Source: a virus
IMG/VR virus record: IMGVR_UViG_3300023174_004605
Location: 1 to 64,000 of that record
Reading direction: 5' to 3' (one strand)
DNA length: 64,000 bases
Under the pieces are notes generated by a model that saw nothing but the letters and a program-made list of their open reading frames with translations, had not been told where the DNA came from and searched no databases. Of this stretch, positions 1 to 10,482 are shown in pieces. How positions within the stretch are numbered: position 1 is the stretch's first letter; each line of letters opens with the position of its first letter. The translations under genes were made by a program, and so were the position numbers.

Positions 1-784
1 CTTCCGATCTGTGCAGTTATACAACAGCATTGCCGATCAAGTCAATGAAAGTTTTCCTGGATTCATGGAACAAGCATTTCATGTGCCCAGATCCATGGGT
101 GAAGTTATACGAGGCGGTCGTGAGATTGTGGCTTCAAAGGGCTTGTTCATTACCAAGAAACGTTATGCTGTCATGTACTATGACAAAGAGAACAAGCGTG
201 TGGACACACATGGCGAGCCAGGCCGAGTCAAGGCCATGGGCTTGGATTTGAAGCGCAGTGATACACCCAAGGTCATACAAGACTTCCTCAGCGAGATTCT
301 CAACGATGTGTTAACGGGTCGAACCCGTGAGCAAGTCATTGAAAAAATACGTGAGTTCAAGTATGCTTTCAAAGAGCGTCCAGGTTGGGAGAAAGGTAGT
401 CCCAAGCGTGTGAACAACCTGACCAAATACGCCAAAGAAGAAGAACGCTTGGGCAAGGCCAACATGCCCGGACATGTGCGTGCAGCCATCAACTGGAACA
501 ATCTACGCAGGATGAACTCGGACAAATATAGTATGCAGATCGTGGATGGCATGAAGACCATTGTGTGCAAGCTCAAGTCCAATCCACTAGGGTGGACCAG
601 CATTGGTTATCCCACAGATGAAACTCACCTGCCACAGTGGTTCCGAGAACTGCCGTTTGACGATTCAGAGATGGAAGCAACTGTGGTAGATCAAAAAATC
701 GACAACTTGTTGGGTGTGTTGGGTTGGGACCTAGCCAGTGCTACCAACACAGAGAACACTTTCCAAACTCTATTCGAGTGGTGA
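1..784 (+). CDS. DNA polymerase family B (T4 gp43-like), C-terminal part; 5' end lies outside the window
   Basis: KKRYA and KAMGLDLKRSDTP PolB thumb motifs. Confidence 0.93.
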   Translation, partial: FRSVQLYNSIADQVNESFPGFMEQAFHVPRSMGEVIRGGREIVASKGLFITKKRYAVMYYDKENKRVDTHGEPGRVKAMGLDLKRSDTPKVIQDFLSEILNDVLTGRTREQVIEKIREFKYAFKERPGWEKGSPKRVNNLTKYAKEEERLGKANMPGHVRAAINWNNLRRMNSDKYSMQIVDGMKTIVCKLKSNPLGWTSIGYPTDETHLPQWFRELPFDDSEMEATVVDQKIDNLLGVLGWDLASATNTENTFQTLFEW

Positions 785-785
785 T

Positions 786-1763
786 ATGAACTTTACAGAG
801 CTCATACGCCTTAACAATCAATTAGAAAATCTCACGTTTTCTGACATGCAACAGAACGCCGGCATGAGATTTAATTTGATAGAGCACAAGTCGGATGTTC
901 CATTGGCTGGTATCCCCACAAATTTTTATCAATCACTTGCTGACAAAAATCAAATTTTGCAGAAAGCGTTCGAGGATTTAGAACAAGCTGTGGATGATCT
1001 AAAAGGAGAAGTACAACGTAGGATCGAAGTAGAAGGTAGATCTTGGTTGCATAAAAGTTATACCTTGTATGAACAACAGCTAGAATCGAGAGACTCGCAA
1101 CGACCAGAAGCAGTTGGTATGCACCGTAACAAACCTGTAAAATTAGATGCAGAAGTCGAAAAAATGTTTAAAACCCGCGTGGCATCTTATAGTGATTGGC
1201 ATTATCCAGCTATGATAATACATCCTATGCAGGAATCTTTTGTACAGAACATGTTGGCCAGTGATCCTCTTTATCTTGTTGACGAAAGTCATTATCTGCT
1301 TGAACCGACACTGGCAAATTTCAATCCAGTTTATAAACATCGAGTGCGTCCTTATGTGATCGAAGAATCATTTGACCGTCCTATCTTGGTACAACTACCT
1401 GATCAACAAATAGGCTTTTGTCTGGCCTATAACTATTTTAACTATCGTCCTTTTGAAATTATCAAGATATATCTTAATGAAATATATGAAAAATTGTTAC
1501 CCGGGGGTGTTTTGGTCATGACATTTTATGACTGTGATCGTTATCAGGCCATGCAAGCTGTTGAGCAATATATCACTTGCTACACCCCAGGAACTTTGGT
1601 TCGAGGCTGGGCCAAATACATAGGATTTGAAGAAGTATTTTATCATCAGGATGATGGAGCCAGCACTTGGATAGAATTCCGCAAGCCCGGGAAGTTGAGT
1701 TCACTGCGTGGAGGCCAAGCCCTGGCAAAAATACTACCTAAACCTGTTGCAGAATCTAAATAA
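786..1763 (+). CDS. Protein with N-terminal coiled coil and C-terminal class I SAM-methyltransferase-like fold
   Basis: YLNEIYEKLLPGGVLVMTF typical of MTase motif; ATG at 786 follows the pol stop. Confidence 0.55.
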   Translation: MNFTELIRLNNQLENLTFSDMQQNAGMRFNLIEHKSDVPLAGIPTNFYQSLADKNQILQKAFEDLEQAVDDLKGEVQRRIEVEGRSWLHKSYTLYEQQLESRDSQRPEAVGMHRNKPVKLDAEVEKMFKTRVASYSDWHYPAMIIHPMQESFVQNMLASDPLYLVDESHYLLEPTLANFNPVYKHRVRPYVIEESFDRPILVQLPDQQIGFCLAYNYFNYRPFEIIKIYLNEIYEKLLPGGVLVMTFYDCDRYQAMQAVEQYITCYTPGTLVRGWAKYIGFEEVFYHQDDGASTWIEFRKPGKLSSLRGGQALAKILPKPVAESK

Positions 1764-1775
1764 AACCTGTATAAT
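1747..1775 (+). promoter_or_regulatory. Composite sigma70 / late-type promoter
   Basis: TTGCAG-17nt-TATAAT with CTAAATA in the spacer; near-copy at 11053-11080. Confidence 0.6.
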
Positions 1776-1796
1776 CAAACACAAGGAGAAACATCA

Positions 1797-2519
1797 ATGA
1801 GAGACCATTTATTAGACCTAGTAGAACATACACACGATCTGGGCGTTATCGACCTAGTTAAAATTACCGGTGATGACAAATCAACTGTTATCAACGGATT
1901 GGCCGAAGACCGTAGCGTGGTAGTAGAGGGCACATTTGCCCAGCCACACGCAGACTTTATTGGCAACTTTGGCATGCCCAACCTCAGCAAGTTGAAAATA
2001 CTGTTGAGTTTGCAGGAGTATAAAGAAAATGCACAGCTCGGCCTCACAAGAAAAGATACCGGAGCACCCGATGGCATCAACTTTGAAAATGCCACAGGCG
2101 ACTTTAAGAACAACTACAGATTCATGGCAAGTGAGATTGTCAACGAGAAACTGAAAACTGTAAAGTTCAAAGGTGTCAACTGGCATATTGAATTTGTGCC
2201 TACAGTAGCGGCTATCCAGCGTCTGAAGATGCAGGCACAGGCCAATGCTGAAGAGGTCAACTTCCAAGCCAAGACTGAAAACGGTGACTTGAAGTTTTTC
2301 TTTGGTGATCGTAGCACCCATGCAGGAAACTTTGTGTTCCATCCTGGTGTGACAGGCACGCTAAAACGTGCATGGTCGTGGCCAATCAAGACAGTTATTA
2401 GCATTCTGGATTTAACCGGTGACAAGACATTTAAAATCAGTGACGATGGTGCCGCCATGATCACCGTGGATTCAGGTCTTGCTGTTTATAACTATATCCT
2501 ACCAGCACAGAGCAAATAA
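1797..2519 (+). CDS. Sliding clamp (gp45-like)
   Basis: 240 aa, near polymerase, FGMPNLSKLKILL and C-terminal YNYILPAQ resemble gp45/PCNA; AGGAG SD. Confidence 0.7.
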   Translation: MRDHLLDLVEHTHDLGVIDLVKITGDDKSTVINGLAEDRSVVVEGTFAQPHADFIGNFGMPNLSKLKILLSLQEYKENAQLGLTRKDTGAPDGINFENATGDFKNNYRFMASEIVNEKLKTVKFKGVNWHIEFVPTVAAIQRLKMQAQANAEEVNFQAKTENGDLKFFFGDRSTHAGNFVFHPGVTGTLKRAWSWPIKTVISILDLTGDKTFKISDDGAAMITVDSGLAVYNYILPAQSK

Positions 2520-2635
2520 TGGACTTGTTGTTCGGAATCTTACTCAGCGTAGTTTTAATCTTTGGATTAATATTTCTCAGTGTAGGCCTTGGAAAGTTGG
2601 CCGGATGGTTTTCAGGACGCAATGACGCAAGATAA
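2519..2635 (+). CDS. Small single-TM protein (38 aa, MDLLFGILLSVVLIFGLIFLSVGLGKLAGWFSGRNDAR)
   Basis: Read by hand; TAATG coupling to clamp stop; fills the gap. Confidence 0.55.
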   Translation: MDLLFGILLSVVLIFGLIFLSVGLGKLAGWFSGRNDAR

Positions 2636-4172
2636 CTTAACTGCCAAGCAGAATGACTATGCAGTGTTTCTGCCGGCCATATCGGGCTTCTACGCCACAT
2701 TCATAGGCAAGCAACGTGATATTGTGGCGGGTCCTTATGTGGACCCTGCCAGGATGCCTGCGGGTATCCAGGACATGGAACAAATGAACTGGCTCAACAG
2801 CCAGAAGGCGTTGTTTCCATATCGGTGGAGTCTGTATTCGGGCGGACATGCCAACTTGGATCTCAACAAGCAAGACTGGTCGGAGGACATGGTGCGTAAC
2901 CGTGAGCCCGGTACTGTAATGCTAGGCGACTCGGGTGGATTCCAGATTGCCAAGGGCCTATGGGAAGGCGACTGGAAAGCCAACTCAGGTTGTCCCAAAG
3001 CACAGAAGAAGCGTGAAGCAGTGCTCAAGTGGCTGGATAGTATCGCTGACTATGGCATGATCTTGGATATCCCCACCTGGGTCATACATGACAAGAAGGC
3101 ATCGGCTGCATGCCAGATCACTACATTGGAAGAAGCAGTTGACGCTACCAAGTTCAACAACGACTATTTCATGCGGCATCGCAAAGGTGTTAAAAATGGC
3201 GGCGCCCGGTTCTTGAATGTGTTGCAGGGTGCCAATCATGCCGACGCCGATCGTTGGTATGAAACAATGAAGCACTATTGCGATCCTGCGGTATACCCAG
3301 ACACACACTTTGATGGTTGGAGTATGGGTGGCCAGAACATGTGTGATGTACATTTGGTCCTGAAACGCTTGGTAGCCTTGCGTCACGATGGTCTCTTACG
3401 TGAAGGCGTACATGATTGGATGCACTTCTTGGGCACAAGCAAACTGGAGTGGGCTGTATTGCTCACTGATATCCAACGTGCTGTAAGAAAATATGTGAAT
3501 CCTAGTTTCACTATCAGTTTTGATTGCGCCAGCCCGTTCCTGGCTACAGCCAATGGACAGGTGTATCATCACATTGACCTACCACACAATGACAAGTGGT
3601 GCTATCGCATGAGTCCCATCGTGGATGACAAAAAGTATGCCACTGACACACGTCAGTTTGGACCTGCGGTATTGGCTGACGGACTTATAAATCACTTTGA
3701 TGAAAGTCCAATTAGTCAACAGTTACAGATGAAAGACATCTGCATATACAAGCCCGGTGACCTAAACAAGATCGGCAAAGAAGGCAAAACGTCATGGGAC
3801 AGTTTCAGTTATGCCTTGCTCATGGGTCACAATGTGTGGATGCATATCGAAGCGGTACAACGTGCCAATCGCGAGTATGACTCGGGTTCATGGCCGGCCA
3901 TGATGTGGAATCAAAATGGTGATCATGCCCGATTCCGAGACATCGTTGATGCTATATTCGCTACTGACAGTCGTGAAGAATCAGAAGCCATAATCGAAAA
4001 TTATGATCGCTATTGGATGGACATCGTGGGCACACGTGGATTCAAAGGCAAGAAGGCCAAAAATGCACACAGCCAATTTAATACGCTTTTTGATGTTGAA
4101 AACGCTTCTGATGATTCAGACAATGAGTCAGAATTTGATCAATCAAAATTAGATGCACTAGAATCTCAATGA
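2622..4172 (+). CDS. dpdA: TGT/DpdA-family guanine transglycosylase, probably acting on DNA or nucleotides (7-deazaguanine insertion)
   Basis: LGDSGGFQ, LDIP, NVLQG, MHFLG, SFDCASP TGT-fold motifs; no C-terminal Zn-binding CxCxxC; folE/queD/queE in window. Confidence 0.8.
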   Translation: MTQDNLTAKQNDYAVFLPAISGFYATFIGKQRDIVAGPYVDPARMPAGIQDMEQMNWLNSQKALFPYRWSLYSGGHANLDLNKQDWSEDMVRNREPGTVMLGDSGGFQIAKGLWEGDWKANSGCPKAQKKREAVLKWLDSIADYGMILDIPTWVIHDKKASAACQITTLEEAVDATKFNNDYFMRHRKGVKNGGARFLNVLQGANHADADRWYETMKHYCDPAVYPDTHFDGWSMGGQNMCDVHLVLKRLVALRHDGLLREGVHDWMHFLGTSKLEWAVLLTDIQRAVRKYVNPSFTISFDCASPFLATANGQVYHHIDLPHNDKWCYRMSPIVDDKKYATDTRQFGPAVLADGLINHFDESPISQQLQMKDICIYKPGDLNKIGKEGKTSWDSFSYALLMGHNVWMHIEAVQRANREYDSGSWPAMMWNQNGDHARFRDIVDAIFATDSREESEAIIENYDRYWMDIVGTRGFKGKKAKNAHSQFNTLFDVENASDDSDNESEFDQSKLDALESQ

Positions 4173-5227
4173 GGAAAAACTTTTGTGCAGCACCATGGGC
4201 TGGACTTAGTTTGGATCCAGACGGTCAGGCCAAGATGTGCTGTATCAGTCAAAATCGTGTGTCATTGACTGAACTTGATAAAGCGAGCACTAATGCTGAT
4301 TTTATAGAAATTCGGCAAGCGTTTATACAAGATCAACAACATCCTAACTGTCAAACATGCTGGACTCGTGAGCAAGGTACATTAGAGTGGGAAAGTCGCA
4401 GAAGCATTTATCAATATGATTATTTTCATGACCTAACTGATAATTCTAAATTTAAACTTGAACATCTGGATCTAAGATGGAGCAATACCTGCAATCTAAA
4501 CTGTGTGTATTGTAATTCTACCTTCAGTAGCAAATGGGCAGAACTAGAAGATCTTAAAACCAAGTTCAGGATTTCTCCCACGATCACTGATGCTGATCTT
4601 GGGAATCTACGTGTGTTGCAATTGGCCGGCGGCGAACCCATGCTGATCAAAGAAAATTTAGACATTCTTACTCGGGTCAACAAAGTCAATCCCGACGTTG
4701 CAATTGAAATAACTACCAATCTTACACAAATACAAAACAACCCCATTTACAAAATGCTAAAAAATTTTGCCAATGTTAGATTTGTGGTCAGTTTTGAATC
4801 CACTGGTGCCAAGTTTGAATATATCCGTAACGGTGCCAAATGGAACTTGTTTCGGAAAAATTTAGATTTGTTGGCTATGGATTTTTTAGACATCCAATTC
4901 AACATGGTGTACTTTCCTTTGAGCAGTCTGGATATCGCCAGTGCCATGCATACCGCGTTGGATTACACTTTACCTGAAAATATTTTCGTGGTGACGCAAT
5001 CGGGTGGACATGGGTTTGACATGCTGAGTCAACATGTTGTACAATACATAAAGCAACTAAACTTAAATCAAGCCAAATCATTACCTAACATTTTACGACA
5101 AAGGTTTTTGGATCATGTCAACAAGATTGATTCTCAACTAAGGGATACTTTTTTGCCACAGTATGACAGATTTGATCAATTAACCAATCAGAATCACAAA
5201 CAGATATTTGCGGAATTATATCAATGA
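4169..5227 (+). CDS. Radical SAM protein with N-terminal SPASM/twitch domain
   Basis: CNLNCVYC motif, AGGEP, N-terminal FCAAPW...CC...CxxC. Confidence 0.85.
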   Translation: MRKNFCAAPWAGLSLDPDGQAKMCCISQNRVSLTELDKASTNADFIEIRQAFIQDQQHPNCQTCWTREQGTLEWESRRSIYQYDYFHDLTDNSKFKLEHLDLRWSNTCNLNCVYCNSTFSSKWAELEDLKTKFRISPTITDADLGNLRVLQLAGGEPMLIKENLDILTRVNKVNPDVAIEITTNLTQIQNNPIYKMLKNFANVRFVVSFESTGAKFEYIRNGAKWNLFRKNLDLLAMDFLDIQFNMVYFPLSSLDIASAMHTALDYTLPENIFVVTQSGGHGFDMLSQHVVQYIKQLNLNQAKSLPNILRQRFLDHVNKIDSQLRDTFLPQYDRFDQLTNQNHKQIFAELYQ

Positions 5228-5739
5228 ACCGAGACGGACACGAAGCAGTAAGCTTCTTTCTAGGAACCGAAGTAGAACACTCTCCTGCATTTGGACAGAA
5301 AACCCTGTTTGTAGTGGGAGTTCAAGATCCAACCAAGATCATGCATCTAGCTCGACTTAATGTCTGCTCTCACATATACTTTGGAGCCAATCAAAGTTTT
5401 ACTAAATTGGATGTCAACGACGGAGATGGTTGGCACCCATGGGAACGCATGATCTCTGACTGTCTTGATGCAGGTTTTTGGTGCACCTTGGATCTAGATG
5501 TAAGCTGTGCCGAAGGCCTACTGGAAAGCAGTCTAGTCGAACTTGATCGCTTTATACCTATGATCAGTGTTAAACTACCTTATATACGTCAGTTTGGTTA
5601 CAATGCCACACTCAAATTGGATGATCGAGACTTCCAAGCCACCAATCCAGGAGTATGGTGCCACAGCTTACATGCTTTACAAAGCAGGTCGGTGTTCACC
5701 GACTGGTCTAAATATACTCAAGACGAGGTTATAAAATGA
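5224..5739 (+). CDS. Hypothetical protein within the dpdA-dpdL region
   Basis: 171 aa ORF, ATGA-coupled on both sides. Confidence 0.7.
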   Translation: MNRDGHEAVSFFLGTEVEHSPAFGQKTLFVVGVQDPTKIMHLARLNVCSHIYFGANQSFTKLDVNDGDGWHPWERMISDCLDAGFWCTLDLDVSCAEGLLESSLVELDRFIPMISVKLPYIRQFGYNATLKLDDRDFQATNPGVWCHSLHALQSRSVFTDWSKYTQDEVIK

Positions 5740-5960
5740 ACGTAAAAGAATTAGCAGAACAAGCCATATATCGTGCTCAACATTTGCAGGAGTTTGAAGT
5801 CCTGCGTGACGAAAACGACATAATATTAGATGGTGTCATACGCTATGACATACATCATAGACCAGGTACACCATATCGCATCACAGTGCCAGCCATGGAC
5901 CAGGCCGAAGCCGAATCTCGTGTGGACGAGTGGATTGCGGAGATGAGGAACAAGTTATGA
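5736..5960 (+). CDS. Hypothetical protein
   Basis: Coupled ORF, GAGG SD. Confidence 0.6.
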   Translation: MNVKELAEQAIYRAQHLQEFEVLRDENDIILDGVIRYDIHHRPGTPYRITVPAMDQAEAESRVDEWIAEMRNKL

Positions 5961-6277
5961 TACGTTGGTTATGGAGCCGTGTCATGAAGTGGGGTTGGGA
6001 CTACGGTCGCGACATTGATGAACCAATACGAGGCCGTAGTCGTAAAGGCAGGTATGATGTAGTGTCCGTTGGCATTGATGACATAGATTCGACGATTGAA
6101 CTGCCAGATCCTATCACATTCCGTGTGCAGGCCATCACTGGTGGCACCTTGGTAGAAACACGCTGGTATAATCCCAAAAATGATGAGCCCATTAGAAAAC
6201 TGCACATAGTCAATGACAATGACAACTTGGCAGAAGCCATTGGCCGAATTGTAACCATGGAGTTGTTAAAGAAATGA
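5957..6277 (+). CDS. Hypothetical protein
   Basis: ATGA overlap at 5957. Confidence 0.6.
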   Translation: MIRWLWSRVMKWGWDYGRDIDEPIRGRSRKGRYDVVSVGIDDIDSTIELPDPITFRVQAITGGTLVETRWYNPKNDEPIRKLHIVNDNDNLAEAIGRIVTMELLKK

Positions 6278-6723
6278 TACAAGAACAAAGAGAAACCGTA
6301 GAAAGAATCAAAGAGCACGCAGAACGCAAGATCTGGGTGACCTTACGCCGCGAAGGCATACACTGCTATCCGGCAGCGGCCACAGATCCTAGATTAAATA
6401 CAGCAGGAGAGTATGATGTATCGTTTCTTGCTAGTCCTCATAGGCATATTTTTCATTTCCGGGTGTGGATCGATGTGTGGCACAATGACCGGGACATCGA
6501 GTTCATCCAGTTCAAACGATGGCTCGAGTCGTTGTATTCGGGTAACGATTCCGTTTTAGAACTAGATTTCAAATCCTGTGAAATGATCGCAGATGACCTG
6601 TACACTCAGATAGCCGATCGCTATCCCGAGCGTGCTGTATGGATTGAGGTGGCCGAAGATGGCGAGAACGGTTGCCTTATCAAGTATGAACTTTCTCGCC
6701 CTAATTTATTAATCAAATATTAA
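6274..6723 (+). CDS. dpdL: QueD-like T-fold protein, probable DpdL-type CDG decarboxylase
   Basis: FLASPHRHIF = LxxxHRHxF in place of the QueD CxxxHGH motif; SCEMIA and VAEDGENG T-fold motifs. Confidence 0.7.
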   Translation: MIQEQRETVERIKEHAERKIWVTLRREGIHCYPAAATDPRLNTAGEYDVSFLASPHRHIFHFRVWIDVWHNDRDIEFIQFKRWLESLYSGNDSVLELDFKSCEMIADDLYTQIADRYPERAVWIEVAEDGENGCLIKYELSRPNLLIKY

Positions 6724-6732
6724 GGAAACAAA

Positions 6733-6960
6733 ATGGGCAAGCGTGAACATCGCCTCAATCCCCGCAACATCCAGTGCATGGAAGATTTGTCGAACTTCCT
6801 AGAATTCTGTAGAGATTATGGTTACAGATTCCGTGAGGAAGATTTGTATAATTTTAAAGCCTATGCCTGGCAACAATACAACAAGTTCAGCCAAGGTAAG
6901 AATGCCAAGAATATGTGGTCTGAAGATTCACGCAGATTTTCAGGTTACCGTCGCGACTAA
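6733..6960 (+). CDS. Hypothetical protein
   Basis: AAGGA SD, 75 aa. Confidence 0.65.
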   Translation: MGKREHRLNPRNIQCMEDLSNFLEFCRDYGYRFREEDLYNFKAYAWQQYNKFSQGKNAKNMWSEDSRRFSGYRRD

Positions 6961-6963
6961 AAC

Positions 6964-7716
6964 ATGGACAAGTTGATAATTTTTGGATCTAGTTGGAGTG
7001 CAGGAGAATGGGCGATTGATGATTCCATTGGAACCGAGTTAAAATTAATACACCCTGGAATGTCAGAATATCTGTCCGACACTTTCAAAGTAGTGAATTT
7101 CAGCAAAGGGTCATCGAGCCTTTGGAAAATAATTTACTCTATCCACAATTATTGCGAAATGTCTTATGTTGATATAGAAAATACTGTTAATCCTGCCAAA
7201 ATTATTGTTTTTCAAAACGATCCGTTTATGTCAGCTCTAAGTGAAAAATTTAATGTAGATTATCAAAGAATTTTTTCAGAATGCACAGATCTAAAAAATC
7301 TATACCAAACTCTTACAGAAATATTTTATATTAAACTCAGTGAATTACAGCAAAAATATAAAATTGACATTTATCTCTGTGGCGGTGCATCTGACATAGA
7401 TATAAATTTACTTGCTCTTTATCCGAATCTCAAACTGCTTTGCGAAAGTTGGATTAAATTATTGGACGACTCTCATATTCCTAGCGTTATACCATTGCAG
7501 TGGTCTCGAGATAGTTTACCTATAACTAGAAAATATGGAAGATTAGATCTATGTGAACAAATCATTGATGCCAGTGACAATAATTTTGCATCATTACAAA
7601 AATTGCTTGAATCTAAATACATTGGTCCAGTTTTTGGTGATTATCATCCAAATCGTTTAGGACACGAAGTTATGGCAAATTACATTAAAAACTTTTTTAA
7701 AAAGACACAATTATGA
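6964..7716 (+). CDS. SGNH/GDSL-like hydrolase or acyltransferase (AT-rich)
   Basis: IFGSSWS N-terminal and GDYHPNRLGH C-terminal motifs. Confidence 0.6.
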   Translation: MDKLIIFGSSWSAGEWAIDDSIGTELKLIHPGMSEYLSDTFKVVNFSKGSSSLWKIIYSIHNYCEMSYVDIENTVNPAKIIVFQNDPFMSALSEKFNVDYQRIFSECTDLKNLYQTLTEIFYIKLSELQQKYKIDIYLCGGASDIDINLLALYPNLKLLCESWIKLLDDSHIPSVIPLQWSRDSLPITRKYGRLDLCEQIIDASDNNFASLQKLLESKYIGPVFGDYHPNRLGHEVMANYIKNFFKKTQL

Positions 7717-8918
7717 GAAAATTATATTACATGGGGCTCGAATCTTACGAAGCCCGCTATACTCTACAACTCACTGAGTGGAACCGTAGGGTATTTGAAC
7801 GACGTGGGTTGGAAGTTGTGTATGTTCCTGGAAGCACTATAGACAACACACAGAGTATCAGCGTTGGACAAGTGTTAGATGCACATGGTCGTAGTTATTT
7901 TTCAATGAGCCAAATGATGAATCTGGTGCAAATGATGAGGAATGGAGAAGTCACCTGTGAAGATATTATCTACTTTGAAGACATGTTTCAGCCCGGTATC
8001 GAGAGCTTACCTTATATTTTGGATCAAGTGCCTGAGTCTCAGCGTCCTCGCATTTATGTACGTTGTCTTGCTCAAGCCATTGATCCGGATGATTTCGTTC
8101 ATGTGTGGGGCATGGCGGAGTGGATGTCGACGTATGAAAAGATGGTTAACCAATTCGTGACAGGGGTCCTGGCCACCAACGAAGAAATGGTGGCTCATAT
8201 GCGTATTGCAGGTTGGACGGCTCCTATCTATAATATTTCTGGCTTGGCATTTGGCAAACAAGAAGTGTTAGAGCGTATAGGTGGCTCGCAAAATATTAAA
8301 CCGTTTGCAGAACGCAAGATGCGTGTGGGCTTTGCGGCCAGATTTGACCAAGAGAAGCAACCAGACTTTTACATGGACTTGATTGAAATGTATCTGGCTC
8401 AAGGACGACACAAGGATATCGAGTTCGCTGTGTTCCAGGGTGGTCCTTTACGCAGCAACAATGTGCGTTATATCCTGCGGGCCAGAGAGTTAGAATCACA
8501 AGGCCGACTTAAAATCTATGAGGACTTGAAGAAAAATGATTACTACAACCTTCTCAACGATACTCGTGTGTTGTTTAATTGTGCTTTACAAGACTGGGTA
8601 TCTAACACAGTATCAGAAGCTGATACTCTTGGTTGTAATGTGTTATATCCTGCTTATCGCAGTTTCCCTGAAACCTTTGCTGACGATCCTAATCGCCTGT
8701 ACGTTCCTTGGAGCATTGATGATGCCTTCCACAAGTTAGAAAACTTGTTGCAAGCCCCACATCATAACCAGGGCCTGATCTCGGACTGGACTGATGGTAC
8801 CGTGGATCGCATCGTGGACATCTTGGAAGGCAAAGGTGAATCTTGGAATCGTGCAGGAAATCGCTATCGTGACCATGTCAGTCAATCAAAGTATCCAGTA
8901 AGGAAGATCAACAGGTGA
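7713..8918 (+). CDS. GT-B (GT4-like) glycosyltransferase
   Basis: ARFDQEKQP, QDWVSNTVSEADTLGC, YRSFPE match the GT-B C-terminal domain. Confidence 0.8.
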   Translation: MRKLYYMGLESYEARYTLQLTEWNRRVFERRGLEVVYVPGSTIDNTQSISVGQVLDAHGRSYFSMSQMMNLVQMMRNGEVTCEDIIYFEDMFQPGIESLPYILDQVPESQRPRIYVRCLAQAIDPDDFVHVWGMAEWMSTYEKMVNQFVTGVLATNEEMVAHMRIAGWTAPIYNISGLAFGKQEVLERIGGSQNIKPFAERKMRVGFAARFDQEKQPDFYMDLIEMYLAQGRHKDIEFAVFQGGPLRSNNVRYILRARELESQGRLKIYEDLKKNDYYNLLNDTRVLFNCALQDWVSNTVSEADTLGCNVLYPAYRSFPETFADDPNRLYVPWSIDDAFHKLENLLQAPHHNQGLISDWTDGTVDRIVDILEGKGESWNRAGNRYRDHVSQSKYPVRKINR

Positions 8919-9535
8919 CCAAAAATATTTTGGTAATAGGAGCCACAGGTGGCATTGGATCATCTTGTTGTAAATTGTTGGAACAAAATCCTCAATACAA
9001 AACATGCTCTTGGAGTTCTAATGATTTAGATCTGAACCATCCTGACAGGATTTTTGAAACTGACTTGACTTCTTATGATCTGGTAATTAATTGTGCAGCA
9101 CATAATCAAGGCACCTATCTGGGATTTTTGAAAAATTCATGGCAAAATCAACTTAGTCAAATAATGGTAAATTATGTGTCAAATTTGTTTTTGCTCAAGC
9201 ACTATGCTAATTCAAGATCCAGTGGTCAATATGTTTGGTGTAGTACCGATCTTACTTCGGGCGTCACTCCCTACAAAAGTGTTTATTTGAGCACCAAGGT
9301 AGGCAGTCAGTTTGCTATAGATCTTATTAGACAAGAGGCCAGTCATATTTCTATACTAGAAGTGCAATTCAAATCAGTTCGCACAAATTTGAGATATCGC
9401 AACTTTGAAGGAACTCTTACCAAAGAACAGGTAGAAAAAACCTATAATGGAATTGAACCGTTGACTGCTGACTATGTATCTACTAAAATTATACAGGCGA
9501 TTGATAATAACTTAGAAAAGGTACTTATAGAATGA
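8915..9535 (+). CDS. SDR oxidoreductase (AT-rich)
   Basis: GATGGIG, INCAA, YLSTK. Confidence 0.75.
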   Translation: MTKNILVIGATGGIGSSCCKLLEQNPQYKTCSWSSNDLDLNHPDRIFETDLTSYDLVINCAAHNQGTYLGFLKNSWQNQLSQIMVNYVSNLFLLKHYANSRSSGQYVWCSTDLTSGVTPYKSVYLSTKVGSQFAIDLIRQEASHISILEVQFKSVRTNLRYRNFEGTLTKEQVEKTYNGIEPLTADYVSTKIIQAIDNNLEKVLIE

Positions 9536-10482
9536 GAGTGGTTGTTACCGGCGGTGCCGGATACATTGGTGGTCAGACTGTTTTACAACTGTTGGATGCT
9601 GGTCACAGCGTGTTTGCCATTGATCGCAATCTAGAGCCCAATCCTTTGTTTGATTGCGGTGCCAAGTGGTTGGTGGCGGATTTCGCCGGCGAAGTGGCCT
9701 TGGATGCTATACGAACATTCCAGCCGGATGCCATTATACACTGCGCTGGCACCAGTCTTGTGGGTCCCAGCATGACCGATCCTGACGACTATTACAACAA
9801 TAACTTTGTGAGGACCAAGATCCTGTGTGACTTCTTGGTCAAGCAAAATATCAAGACCAGACTGATTTTTAGTTCAAGTGCTGCTACCTATGGCAATCCT
9901 ATAATGACTCCTTGCCAAGAAGTAGATCCTGCAGAACCCATCAGTCCCTATGGCGAAAGCAAGCTCATGATCGAGTGGATGCTACGAGCCTATCAGCGTG
10001 CTTATGGCCTGGATTATGTGGCCTTCCGCTACTTCAATGCCTGCGGTGCAGACAGCCAGGCCCGACACGGACAACGTCCTGGTGCTACCCATATCATTGC
10101 TAGAGTGCTAGAAGCCTTGCGTGATAACTCGGGAGAGTTTGTACTCAATGGCACAGACTTTGAAACCGAAGATGGCACCTGCATCAGAGATTACATACAC
10201 GTAGAAGACCTGGCCGCAGCACACATACTGGCCACAGACTCTCGAATACTCGGCGGTGTATATAATCTTGGAACCAACACAGGCTACAGTAATCTACAGA
10301 TAATACATGGTGCTATTGGTGTGACCAAACGAGATTTGAGCTACATTACCGGACCAAAAAGAGAAGGGGATCCTGCCAGGCTTACTGCTGATGCCAGCAA
10401 GTTTATGACAACAAGTAGTTGGAAACCCAAGTATGGACTTGAAGATATCATACGTCACGCCTGGGCATGGTATACCAGATGA
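9532..10482 (+). CDS. galE: UDP-glucose 4-epimerase
   Basis: TGGAGYIG, FSSSAATYG, PYGESK, FRYFNACGA, DGTCIRDYIHV. Confidence 0.92.
   Translation: MRVVVTGGAGYIGGQTVLQLLDAGHSVFAIDRNLEPNPLFDCGAKWLVADFAGEVALDAIRTFQPDAIIHCAGTSLVGPSMTDPDDYYNNNFVRTKILCDFLVKQNIKTRLIFSSSAATYGNPIMTPCQEVDPAEPISPYGESKLMIEWMLRAYQRAYGLDYVAFRYFNACGADSQARHGQRPGATHIIARVLEALRDNSGEFVLNGTDFETEDGTCIRDYIHVEDLAAAHILATDSRILGGVYNLGTNTGYSNLQIIHGAIGVTKRDLSYITGPKREGDPARLTADASKFMTTSSWKPKYGLEDIIRHAWAWYTR

Noticed and set aside
2622-4172. Canonical tRNA-guanine transglycosylase for queuosine
   Set aside because: No Zn-binding motif, no queA/queF, no GUN-anticodon tRNAs in the window, and a replication-gene context favours a DNA-related role (not fully excluded).
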